A stretch of DNA of 26,351 nucleotides from Nitrospira sp. (GTDB lineage: Bacteria > Nitrospirota > Thermodesulfovibrionia > Thermodesulfovibrionales > UBA6898), in the NCBI GenBank assembly GCA_037440265.1, contig JBBIUL010000001.1:1-26351 (forward strand), given 5' to 3'. Below are positions 8,417 to 17,005 of this stretch, piece by piece. Positions within the stretch are counted from its first letter, which is position 1, and each line of letters starts with the position of its first letter. A program made the translations under genes and the position numbers. The notes beneath the pieces were generated by a model. It saw only the letters and a list, made by a program, of their open reading frames with translations. It was not told the DNA's origin and ran no database searches.

Positions 8417-9130
8417 ATGAAAGAAAAACTTATACTTGCCCTTGATGTCTCAGAGCCTGATTATGCTTTAGAAATAGTCGACAAATTCAGTGGTTATGTC
8501 GATACATTTAAAGTCGGACTTGAGCTTTATACTATCGCTGGTCCTTCGATAATCGAAGAGATACACAAGAGAGGGAAACGGGTTTTTCTTGACCTTAAGT
8601 TTCACGATATCCCAACTACTGTTTCAAAGGCAGGCATCGCTGCAGCACGTATGGGAGTTTATATGTTTAACCTGCACGCCTCTGGCGGCTTCGATATGTT
8701 AAGAAAATGCAAAGATGACGTAGTAAATGTCTGTCTGAAGGAGAACATAAACAGGCCGAGGATACTCGGGGTGACTGTCCTGACCAGTATGTCACGTGAT
8801 GTGCTCAGGGACGAGGCCGGTATTCACCACAGCCTGAATACCCATGTCAAACATCTGGCAGGGCTTTCACTGAAAGCAGGGCTTGACGGCGTGGTTGCAT
8901 CTGCCAATGAGGCTGCCATGATACGGGGCCATTGCGGGAGGGGGTTTCTGATCGTAACTCCAGGCATACGTACGTCATGGACCCCTGTCGACGACCAGGT
9001 GAGGACAATGACTCCAAAGCAGGCAATACGCGAGGGGGCCGACTATCTTGTCATGGGGCGCGCAATCATGAACCAGAAGGACCCTTTGAAGGCAGTAGAA
9101 CTCGTTCAGGCAGAGATTGCTGCTGCCTGA
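8417..9130 (+). CDS. pyrF: Orotidine-5'-phosphate decarboxylase
   Basis: 'LILALD', 'FKVGLELY', catalytic 'DLKFHDIPTTV', 'VTVLTS', 'IVTPGIR', 'GADYLVMGRAI'. Start placed at ATG 8417, 4 nt after the dcd stop, not at 8222. Confidence 0.95.
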   Translation: MKEKLILALDVSEPDYALEIVDKFSGYVDTFKVGLELYTIAGPSIIEEIHKRGKRVFLDLKFHDIPTTVSKAGIAAARMGVYMFNLHASGGFDMLRKCKDDVVNVCLKENINRPRILGVTVLTSMSRDVLRDEAGIHHSLNTHVKHLAGLSLKAGLDGVVASANEAAMIRGHCGRGFLIVTPGIRTSWTPVDDQVRTMTPKQAIREGADYLVMGRAIMNQKDPLKAVELVQAEIAAA

Positions 9131-9149
9131 TTCAGCTGGAACCTGACGC

Positions 9150-10616
9150 ATGCCGGAATACACTGCAACCAACCTGTCAGCTGCAAAGACCTATGCTCCC
9201 CTCTACAGGGAGATTCCCTTTGAATCACCTTTTGAAATCTACAGCAGGCTGAGATCGGAAAACAGTTTTCTGTTCGAAAGCGTCAAAGGATCTGAACATA
9301 CTGCACGCTATTCCTTTATCGGGATCGACCCGTACCTTGTCTTTAGGGCAAAGAACGGACTGGTAGAGATCAGTATCAGCGGGAAAAGGACGATATCTTC
9401 AAGGAAGCCCCTCGAAAGACTGAAAGAACTTGTTTCTGCATACCGGCAGGAACCGGCAGCTGAACTCCCTCCTTTCCAGGGAGGTGCGGCAGGGATGTTC
9501 GGTTATGACTTTGTCCAGTACCTTGAAAAAATCCCGCATAATGCCCTTGATGACCTTGATATCCCTGATGCACATTTTTTCCTGATAGACAGGCTTGTGG
9601 CATTCGACCATGTCCTCAGAAAATGCTGGGTGATTGTCTGTCCCGGCGCACGGGAGACCGTGCTCGGCTATTCCGAGGTCGGTCATAACGAAAAGGAAAT
9701 CATCGCAGAAGCAGAGGCTGCTCTGGAATCATTGCTTGATAGGATGAATGCTGCCGGAGGGACAGCAGAACAAGACTCACCAAAAGAAAACATTAACGTT
9801 GTTCTCGATACCGACAAAGACCATTATATCGACATGGTGAAAAAGGCAAAAGAATATATTGCTGCCGGTGATATTTTCCAGGCAAACCTTTCGCTGCGTC
9901 TCTCCGCTGAGATAGGCAGCGTCCAGCCCTGGCGGATTTATACGGTCCTGAGGGGTGTCAATCCTTCCCCCTTTGCATCCTTTGTCGATTTTGGAGACTA
10001 TCAGATTGTCAGTTCTTCGCCTGAAAGACTTGTACGGGTAATCGGAAGGACAGTCGACACGAGACCGATTGCCGGCACGAGGCCACGGGGGAGGGACATC
10101 GCAGAGGATGAGAGCATGCGCGCTGAACTCCTGCTCAACGAAAAAGAGCGGGCTGAGCATATCATGCTCATAGACCTTGAGCGAAACGATCTCGGCAGGG
10201 TTTCTGATTACGGGACTGTAGAGGTGGACGAACTCATGGTTACTGAAGACTATTCACATGTGATACATATTGTTTCGAATGTAAAAGGCATTCTGGCTGA
10301 GGGAAAAGACGCCTTCAGCGTCATAAAGTCAACCTTTCCCGGTGGAACCATAACCGGCGTCCCGAAGGTCAGATGCATGGAGATCATTGACGAGATAGAG
10401 CCGACAAGAAGGGGCCCCTATACCGGGTCAATGGGCTATATCGGGTTCAACGGCAACATGGATTTAAACATCATCATACGTACGATGCTTGTGAAAGAGG
10501 GCAGGGCCTATGTGCAGGCAGGCGCAGGCATTGTTGCAGACTCTGACCCTGAGCGTGAATTCCATGAGAGCCTGAAGAAGGCAGAGGCGCTTATTAAAAC
10601 CCTCGGGCGTTTGTAG
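9150..10616 (+). CDS. pabB: Chorismate-binding MST enzyme, most like aminodeoxychorismate synthase component I (Bacillus-type PabB) rather than TrpE
   Basis: 'FLFES...RYSFIG', 'GDIFQANLS', 'NPSPF', 'SSSPERL', 'PIAGTRPRG', 'DLERNDLGRV', 'FPGGTITGVPK', 'QAGAGIVADS'. The DLERND, PGGTITG and NPSPF variants are PabB-like; TrpE usually has DLGRND, PAGTxSG and NPSPYM. Family is certain, subfamily is likely. Confidence 0.75.
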   Translation: MPEYTATNLSAAKTYAPLYREIPFESPFEIYSRLRSENSFLFESVKGSEHTARYSFIGIDPYLVFRAKNGLVEISISGKRTISSRKPLERLKELVSAYRQEPAAELPPFQGGAAGMFGYDFVQYLEKIPHNALDDLDIPDAHFFLIDRLVAFDHVLRKCWVIVCPGARETVLGYSEVGHNEKEIIAEAEAALESLLDRMNAAGGTAEQDSPKENINVVLDTDKDHYIDMVKKAKEYIAAGDIFQANLSLRLSAEIGSVQPWRIYTVLRGVNPSPFASFVDFGDYQIVSSSPERLVRVIGRTVDTRPIAGTRPRGRDIAEDESMRAELLLNEKERAEHIMLIDLERNDLGRVSDYGTVEVDELMVTEDYSHVIHIVSNVKGILAEGKDAFSVIKSTFPGGTITGVPKVRCMEIIDEIEPTRRGPYTGSMGYIGFNGNMDLNIIIRTMLVKEGRAYVQAGAGIVADSDPEREFHESLKKAEALIKTLGRL

Positions 10617-10781
10617 ACAGAAAGAGTTTGTATGTAAAAACGCATCACATAATCAACAAGGTATGATGTCATTTAAAAGTTGTTGTAATTAGTGCTCCAA
10701 ATCAGTATCATTCAATTGCTATTAAGCATCCTGATTTTTCATGTCTTAATATTACATTTCATACTATAGGGGCCAAATTGC

Positions 10782-11309
10782 ATGAAGGGTATCATCCCAA
10801 TCTGTCTGAAAGAGATGGTCATTGAGAAATACGGCATTGAGGCCTGGGGCAAATGCCTGCTCAGCACAGGTGCGACCAGCGATATGAATTTCGTTGCAAC
10901 AAGCGATATCGATGACAATGATGTGGTCAAACTGATTGATGCCCTTTGCGCATCTCTTTCAATTTCCCGGCAGGAAGCGGCTGATGCATTCGGGGAATAC
11001 TGGGTATGCAGCTTCTCACAGAGGGTGTACAGCCATTATTATCGTAAATACAAGAATGCCAGAGAATTTATCCTTGCCCTTGACAGCGTTCATGTGGATT
11101 CCACGCGGACCATTGAAAAAGCCAGTCCTCCCCGTTTTGACTATGCCTGGAAAGACGGCAGGACGCTGGTGGTGACATATAAGTCAAAACGAAACCTGAT
11201 CGATTTATTCATCGGGCTGGCAAAGGGTGTCGGCAAACATTACGGCGAGTCGCTCTCCGTGAGAAAGATCGACAGTAACAGCTTTCAGATTGTATTTGAA
11301 AAACAGTAA
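10782..11309 (+). CDS. Stand-alone H-NOX (heme NO/O2-binding, HNOB) protein
   Basis: 'MKGII' start, 'AFGEYW', proximal His in 'LDSVH', 'SPPRF' (Pro115 equivalent), heme-propionate YxSxR motif 'YKSKR', 'GLAKGVGKHY'; 175 aa. Confidence 0.9.
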   Translation: MKGIIPICLKEMVIEKYGIEAWGKCLLSTGATSDMNFVATSDIDDNDVVKLIDALCASLSISRQEAADAFGEYWVCSFSQRVYSHYYRKYKNAREFILALDSVHVDSTRTIEKASPPRFDYAWKDGRTLVVTYKSKRNLIDLFIGLAKGVGKHYGESLSVRKIDSNSFQIVFEKQ

Positions 11310-11312
11310 GGA

Positions 11313-14171
11313 TCAGTGCTGATCCTGCAATTCAATCAATGCCAGGTCGTGGGTGAAGAAAATAAATGATTTTGTGAAAAGGGAGAACAGCTTGGAGCAT
11401 GCTTCGCTGTACAGGCTCATCTGGACCCGGTATTGCTCTGCTACCCCGGCTCGTTCATCCTCTTTCACCGGAAAAGTCTTGTAGTCGTAAATGAATGCAG
11501 TGCCGTTCTCAATGATTACCCTGTCGATTCGCCCTTTATATATCCTGTCACCTTTGTCCAGTATAAACGGCAGTTCAGAATAGGCAACAGGCTTCGGAAG
11601 AATGATGCTGTCAAGATGTCCGGAGTCTCTGAGTTTAGCAAAATCTCCCAGTACCATGGCATGGATCCTTTCCCGATCATCCGGGGACATGAATTCGTTG
11701 AGAAGGAGGATTTCTACACGTTCTGCCAGACGGCTGTAGTCTGTTATGCCTTTGGACAATTCATCAAAGAGCCTGTGGAAAATGATGCCGGGCAAAACCC
11801 AGTCCTGGCCGTGACGGGTCGTCGTCTCGAAATCCTCTGTAACCGTGACCCAATGCCGGGCTTCAGCGGGAAATGCAACTGTTTCCGTATAGGAAGGCCC
11901 GGAAAAAAATCGAGACGAATCAGGGGCCAGAATCTCAGGCGACTTCCTGCATGAAGCGAGAAAATCATGCTCAGATATGAGGTCAAAGAATTCGCTGACT
12001 GATTGTGGATCTGAAAGCATTCCGGGGAAGGCCTCCTCAAGGAGCCCGAACTTCCCTTTCATTTTGACCCTGTCGCTGCTGCTCTTTACCCCGGCCGACA
12101 TGAACAGGTGGTCCATGGTCCTGGTCACCGCAACATAAAAGAGACGCTTTTCCTCTTCCTGTTCTTTTTCCCTGCGGAGCTGGTGGAGCGCGCTCTTTGC
12201 CCTTACGGCGTAGTCCTCCTCGTAAGCGAACCTGACAGTGTTATCGATTTCATCGAGAAACACCGCATCATTTCTTGGTGCCTTTGCCTCATCAAGAGAC
12301 GGCAGAAACACCACAGGGAACTGAAGTCCCTTTGAACCGTGTACGGTCATTATCCTGACTGCATCGAGGCCTTCGGCATTAACATTTGCCTTTGATTCAT
12401 TGCCATCACTTGCACGAATGAGGTCTTCTCGTATCTCTCCGGGAGACAAACCCTGTGCCTCATAATATTCAATGATGCCCAGAAACTTTTTGATGTTGGC
12501 GAGCCGCTGCATCTCCCAAAAGATTTTCCAGCCGCCGGTTTCGGTGAGGAAATCCTCGATGAGGACGGCAAGGGGAAGGCTGTTTTTCAGTGAAAGATAT
12601 CTACGGAGCAGCGTGACGGCTTTCACAGCATGGGTTGCACCGGAACTTCGCAGATTTTCATAGAGGGATATTCGTCTTCGTGAAAGGAGGCTGTAGAGAC
12701 GGGAATCATTCATTCCAAAAAGCGGGCTTCTCAGCAGCACAAAGAGACTGAAGTCGTCATGAGGGTCAGCCAGGAATGATACAAATGCTTTCAGGAGGGC
12801 AACCTCGGGTTCACCATAGAACCCTATGCCTCCGACTACGATATACGGGATCTTATATTCGAGGAGTGAGCTCTCGAATGATTCAAGGTGTGTCCTGCTC
12901 CTCAGGAGTATCGCTATGTCGCCGTACCGGCATTTCCGCGGGAACGCATCAGTATAGATGTCTGTCGCGCCTGTCATGGAGACGATCCTGCGGGAGATGA
13001 GGGAGGCCTCTTTGAGGCGGGTCATTTTGGCGCTCGGTTCAGCTTCGAAAACGAGGAGCTGAACACTTCCTTCTCCTTCCCTCGTCGGCTTGAATGGAGA
13101 ATACGTGGTGCGCCAGGGCTCTGCAAGGGAGCCGTGCATGAGGGATCCGAACAGCCTGTTTGAAAAATGGATTATTTTCGGCAGGCTCCGGTAGTTGTCT
13201 TCTGCCTCGATGTAGACAGATTCTTTACCGAGCCAGTCATGCAGGCGGTCTTTTACTTCATGGAACACCGAGACATTTGCACCCCTGAACATGTAGATAG
13301 ACTGCTTTTCATCACCCACAAGGAAAATCGTTGGGATTTTTCCCCGGGACCGCTTTGCCCCGATACCGGACCGCCACTCTTCTGTGAGCTTGTCTATTAT
13401 TCTCCATTGAAGTGAACTCGTGTCCTGGAACTCGTCAACCAATATGTGGTCGGTATGTTCATCGAACGCATAGAGTATATTCAGCCACCCGGGGTTTGAC
13501 GTCAGGGCGCTGTATGCAAGCGTTTCCATGTCGGAAAAGTCAATTGCGCGGATAACAGATTTTTTCTGTCGGTATTTTTCGTAGCACCGGCCGTACAGTT
13601 CGATGAGGCGGGCTTCTTCAGAATCAGGCATGTTGTCCTTTTCCTCGAGGATGAATTCGGCATAGGGTCTCCGTGCATGGATTGCATCAAGGGTGCGGAA
13701 GAGCAGTCCCCATCCTTTGAGCCCTTTCTCTTTGAGATAATCAAAGAAGACAGACGGACGATCTTTCTCCTCTCGTACAGCATCATAGACAGACTCTGAC
13801 CAGAGCTGGGAGGCCATGGATTCATCAAGCACCTCGAGCGACGGATCAAGGTTGAGTTCCAGTGCAAAACGCTGGATCAGCTTTCTGCAGAAGGCATGTA
13901 TTGTGGTAATGCGCATGAGGGGGCTTTTTTCCTTGATCTTATCAAAAAGGGCGCTGTTTTCTTTCTGGAGAATATTGAGTATGCGGTCCTTCATTTCAGC
14001 AGCGGCCTTTTCAGTGAAGGTGATCGCAAGGATTTTCTCGATCTCTGAACCGTTTTCAAGGAGGCTTATATATCTGCGTGCGAGCTTTTCGGTCTTCCCT
14101 GAACCCGCAGGAGCAGAAATGATGATGCTCTTTTTTGTGTCAAGGTATGCGTCCACGTTCCTGCTGCTCAT
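11313..14171 (-). CDS. addA: AddA-type UvrD-like helicase-nuclease subunit
   Basis: Walker A 'APAGSGKT', 'ILAITFTEKAAAEMK', 'ILVDEFQDTS', 'VGDEKQSIYMFRGA', 'NYRS', 'IAILLRSRTH', 'MTVHGSKGLQF', 'EEKRLFYVAVTR', and C-terminal RecB-type nuclease 'GRIDRV...YDYKT...QMSLY'. Confidence 0.9.
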   Translation of the reverse strand: MSSRNVDAYLDTKKSIIISAPAGSGKTEKLARRYISLLENGSEIEKILAITFTEKAAAEMKDRILNILQKENSALFDKIKEKSPLMRITTIHAFCRKLIQRFALELNLDPSLEVLDESMASQLWSESVYDAVREEKDRPSVFFDYLKEKGLKGWGLLFRTLDAIHARRPYAEFILEEKDNMPDSEEARLIELYGRCYEKYRQKKSVIRAIDFSDMETLAYSALTSNPGWLNILYAFDEHTDHILVDEFQDTSSLQWRIIDKLTEEWRSGIGAKRSRGKIPTIFLVGDEKQSIYMFRGANVSVFHEVKDRLHDWLGKESVYIEAEDNYRSLPKIIHFSNRLFGSLMHGSLAEPWRTTYSPFKPTREGEGSVQLLVFEAEPSAKMTRLKEASLISRRIVSMTGATDIYTDAFPRKCRYGDIAILLRSRTHLESFESSLLEYKIPYIVVGGIGFYGEPEVALLKAFVSFLADPHDDFSLFVLLRSPLFGMNDSRLYSLLSRRRISLYENLRSSGATHAVKAVTLLRRYLSLKNSLPLAVLIEDFLTETGGWKIFWEMQRLANIKKFLGIIEYYEAQGLSPGEIREDLIRASDGNESKANVNAEGLDAVRIMTVHGSKGLQFPVVFLPSLDEAKAPRNDAVFLDEIDNTVRFAYEEDYAVRAKSALHQLRREKEQEEEKRLFYVAVTRTMDHLFMSAGVKSSSDRVKMKGKFGLLEEAFPGMLSDPQSVSEFFDLISEHDFLASCRKSPEILAPDSSRFFSGPSYTETVAFPAEARHWVTVTEDFETTTRHGQDWVLPGIIFHRLFDELSKGITDYSRLAERVEILLLNEFMSPDDRERIHAMVLGDFAKLRDSGHLDSIILPKPVAYSELPFILDKGDRIYKGRIDRVIIENGTAFIYDYKTFPVKEDERAGVAEQYRVQMSLYSEACSKLFSLFTKSFIFFTHDLALIELQDQH

Positions 14172-16867
14172 GATTGTGTCTTTCCCGGTCCAGCATGGAT
14201 GAAGGGGCAGAACGGCGCCTCAGGACAGCTGTTGCAGTAAAACTCCTCAAGGGGATGTGCGAAGAACTGTCCGTCGGCCATGAAGGTTGCAGTGTCTTTC
14301 AGGAATCTGAGAGCGGCCTTGATGTAATCATCGAGAGCGTATTTGTCCCTTTTTGTCGGGATCCATTTTACGTCTATGTCCTTCATGGAATAAATCCCTG
14401 CCTTATCCACATGCATGCCGTATGTACTCAGTATTGCCGAGTAGAGGGGCAGCTGAAGTTCAGTGCCCTTTCTGATGATATCCGCACCGATGGTTGCCGT
14501 CCCTGTTTTATAGTCAATGATCCTGCAGGTGCTGCCGCTGCAGTCGATCCTGTCGATCTTCCCCTTCAGCGAAATGCCGGGGAGTACCTCTGCATTGACG
14601 TTCATCTCAAGTCTGTACGGTGAGAATCCCTCGTCTCTCAGGTTTGCTTCAGTTTCGATGATATCCGGGAGCAGTTCCATGAAGGAGGTCCTGAGAAGCT
14701 GTTTCCAGTATGGTTCCATTACGACTTCATCGAGGACTGCATTGACCGAAGACAGGGCCTTTTCCTGGAAGCGGCTTGTACTGTCAACAGGCTCCTTCAT
14801 GAGGAGTTCCATTATCCTGTGGACAATCGTGCCGAGGGTTTTCGCCTCGGGTTCGTATGCGGCTATTTCAGATGCCTCAAGGTTCAATATCCTTGAAAGG
14901 AAGAACCTCCTGGGGCATTTTCTGAATTGGTCAATATCGGTTACACGGAGAGGCATCGCGAGGTCTTTCACTGCAATTGCAGCTTTTGATTTTTTATCGA
15001 GGGCAACCTCTGTCATAGTGTTTGAGAACAGGTTCCCGCCCTCTCTTGACTGCTGTTCTGCCACTGAAAAAATGCCGAAAATATTTTCAGTACGTTCACT
15101 GCCCCAGGGGAGATATGGTGAGGGCAGGAAAACCTTGTCCCCTTCCATTGCAGGATATGAGAGATGTCGGTTGGCCGAAGCGCCTGCGAGTCTCAGGAGG
15201 TTCAGTTTTTGTATTAGGAGGTACTGGTTCAGGCTGATGAGGCCGAAATCTGTCCTGACCGTATCAGGGAGGATATGATCGATAGGAGGCTTCGAAGGCA
15301 TATCACCGTCCTTCAGGCCGCAGAAGTAGAGGTAATCAGGCTCAAGCCCTCTTGCTTCAAAGAAGTCCATCACCTGGATCCCTTCGCCTTCCTCAACATG
15401 TATTTCTGCGTTAAGAACATGTCTGAGGTAATCGGTGAATTTTTTGAGAGAAACAGTTTTCCTGTCAAAAAGGTCGGAGAGGAGGCTCATGCGGTCAAGC
15501 GCCTTGTTAAGAATGTCTGCATCGCTTTCATCGGCATCGAAATGCAGGGCAGACAGCAATGTTTTCACCGCAGCGCTCAGGGTGTCGAAACCGGAGGAAT
15601 CCCTGATCGTTTCAAGGCCGGAAAGCATGCCAAAAACAACTGAGAAGGCCTCCCGGACATCGTCTTTGAGGTGTTTCAGCCGATCGGGAATGAAAAGATT
15701 TTCCCATGAGGCCCTGCTGTTGAGAATGCCGGATCTTAATGAGAGGGAAGGGATATATTCCCTGAGCACCGCAGGGATGCTCCTGAAATGAGGAGAGGAG
15801 AGCACAGCGGTAAATGGCAGTCTCGGGTAATCATTTGAAACAGATTCCAGAAGCTGAAGCACATCCCGGAAAGGCGCCTTTCCTGCAGCCGGCTTTCCGG
15901 AGGAGAAAACACACGGCAGACCGTATCTCCTGAAAACACGTCCCATGAGCTGTTCGTATGAAGCAATCCTGGGCGCAGTCACGAGGATGAAGTCTCCTGC
16001 CCTGAATCTTCCTGATACAAAGTAGTTTTTTATATGCCGTGCTGTACCTTCTATTTCTTCCTCCGCGCTGCTGTATGAAACATAAGAAAGATCAGGGGGG
16101 GGATGCTCCTCCATCGTTATCTCGGTTGCATGGAACTGATTTTTTATATAGTCGGGAAAGCCGGTTGAGAAGGCCGCCGCATAAGGGACCGCAATCAGCG
16201 TTGTCCCTGATCTGCTGACGAGCACTTCAAGAATGTTCTTTTCCGCTGTTGTCATATCATAAAACCCGTCGGCTATCAGCACTGAAAATTTGCTGAGGCT
16301 GTGCTCCATGGTGTTCCTGCCGAACTGCAGGATGTCATTATCGTCAAAGAGCTTCTGTCTGCTGAGCAGGTCCTGGTAAAGCTCGAAAACATCCAGTGCA
16401 TCATGAAGTCTTTTTAAGGCATCCTCATGCAATCCTTTATTGCTGAATGTCTCTGTGAGTTCTGCACGAATCTGAGGAAGTGGTTTAAAGGGATGATACT
16501 GCTTGAGCTCCTTGAGCAGTTCCGAGAGCACTGCAGCATATCCTGTGCTGTGACCTGATAGTTCGGATATGACCAGCGGAACAAATACTGACGGCAAATG
16601 CCTTGCGGGCATTTCAATCCTGAAGAAATGCTGTGCTATCCGGCTGAAGGTAAAAAACCGCGGCGGTATATACGGGCTCCTGGCTCTGGCGTGAAAAATC
16701 TTCTGGGCAGCCATGAGTTTCTGTTCGGTTGGCGCAAGGTAGATGATTTTTGAATAGTCTGGCCAGGGCACTTTCCCGAGGGATTCTTCTGCGAGAAAGT
16801 CAGTAGATCCCCGGTGAGAGAAGGGCACTGTATACATAACAACCGGCTTCTGCGTTTTATCAGCCAT
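14168..16867 (-). CDS. addB: AddB-type PD-(D/E)XK nuclease subunit with a 4Fe-4S staple
   Basis: Degenerate helicase-like N-terminus ('IADGFYDMT', 'GIQVMDFFEARGL...YFCGL'), nuclease 'GKIDRID...IIDYKTG...LQLPLY', four Cys ('CPRRFF' plus 'CNSCPEAPFC'). ATGA overlap with addA at 14168-14171. Confidence 0.88.
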   Translation of the reverse strand: MADKTQKPVVMYTVPFSHRGSTDFLAEESLGKVPWPDYSKIIYLAPTEQKLMAAQKIFHARARSPYIPPRFFTFSRIAQHFFRIEMPARHLPSVFVPLVISELSGHSTGYAAVLSELLKELKQYHPFKPLPQIRAELTETFSNKGLHEDALKRLHDALDVFELYQDLLSRQKLFDDNDILQFGRNTMEHSLSKFSVLIADGFYDMTTAEKNILEVLVSRSGTTLIAVPYAAAFSTGFPDYIKNQFHATEITMEEHPPPDLSYVSYSSAEEEIEGTARHIKNYFVSGRFRAGDFILVTAPRIASYEQLMGRVFRRYGLPCVFSSGKPAAGKAPFRDVLQLLESVSNDYPRLPFTAVLSSPHFRSIPAVLREYIPSLSLRSGILNSRASWENLFIPDRLKHLKDDVREAFSVVFGMLSGLETIRDSSGFDTLSAAVKTLLSALHFDADESDADILNKALDRMSLLSDLFDRKTVSLKKFTDYLRHVLNAEIHVEEGEGIQVMDFFEARGLEPDYLYFCGLKDGDMPSKPPIDHILPDTVRTDFGLISLNQYLLIQKLNLLRLAGASANRHLSYPAMEGDKVFLPSPYLPWGSERTENIFGIFSVAEQQSREGGNLFSNTMTEVALDKKSKAAIAVKDLAMPLRVTDIDQFRKCPRRFFLSRILNLEASEIAAYEPEAKTLGTIVHRIMELLMKEPVDSTSRFQEKALSSVNAVLDEVVMEPYWKQLLRTSFMELLPDIIETEANLRDEGFSPYRLEMNVNAEVLPGISLKGKIDRIDCSGSTCRIIDYKTGTATIGADIIRKGTELQLPLYSAILSTYGMHVDKAGIYSMKDIDVKWIPTKRDKYALDDYIKAALRFLKDTATFMADGQFFAHPLEEFYCNSCPEAPFCPFIHAGPGKTQS

Positions 16868-16873
16868 TATTGC

Positions 16874-16903
16874 TTTATAGAATAATGCATTTCCGGAAGT
16901 CTA
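16874..16903 (-). promoter_or_regulatory. Candidate sigma70 promoter of addBA (TAGACT-N18-TATAAA)
   Basis: Minus strand TAGACT at 16903-16898 and TATAAA at 16879-16874, 6 nt before the addB ATG; no SD. Confidence 0.4.
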
Positions 16904-17005
16904 TACAACAGACTCTGACCGCAAAGCAATGAGAAATATGTTTGTCTGTAGTGTATCAGGATAGCGCAGGGCTGTTTGAAAAAGCCTGTCAAATCTGTAT
17001 CAAGG

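Noticed and set aside
9150-10616. Anthranilate synthase TrpE call
   Set aside because: Signature variants fit PabB better and no trp genes are adjacent; kept only as the alternative.
10633-10649. CRP/HcpR-like box (TGTAA-N7-TCACA) upstream of H-NOX
   Set aside because: The spacer is 7 rather than 6 nt and one half-site is mismatched; not supportable in AT-rich DNA.
14168-15000. Cas4-like Fe-S nuclease suggesting a CRISPR locus
   Set aside because: It is the C-terminal domain of AddB, coupled to addA. No repeat-spacer array or cas genes in the window.
11433-16842. Numerous 60-250-aa alternative-frame ORFs within addA/addB, and similar ones elsewhere
   Set aside because: All are nested in well-supported long CDSs and lack motifs or RBSs.
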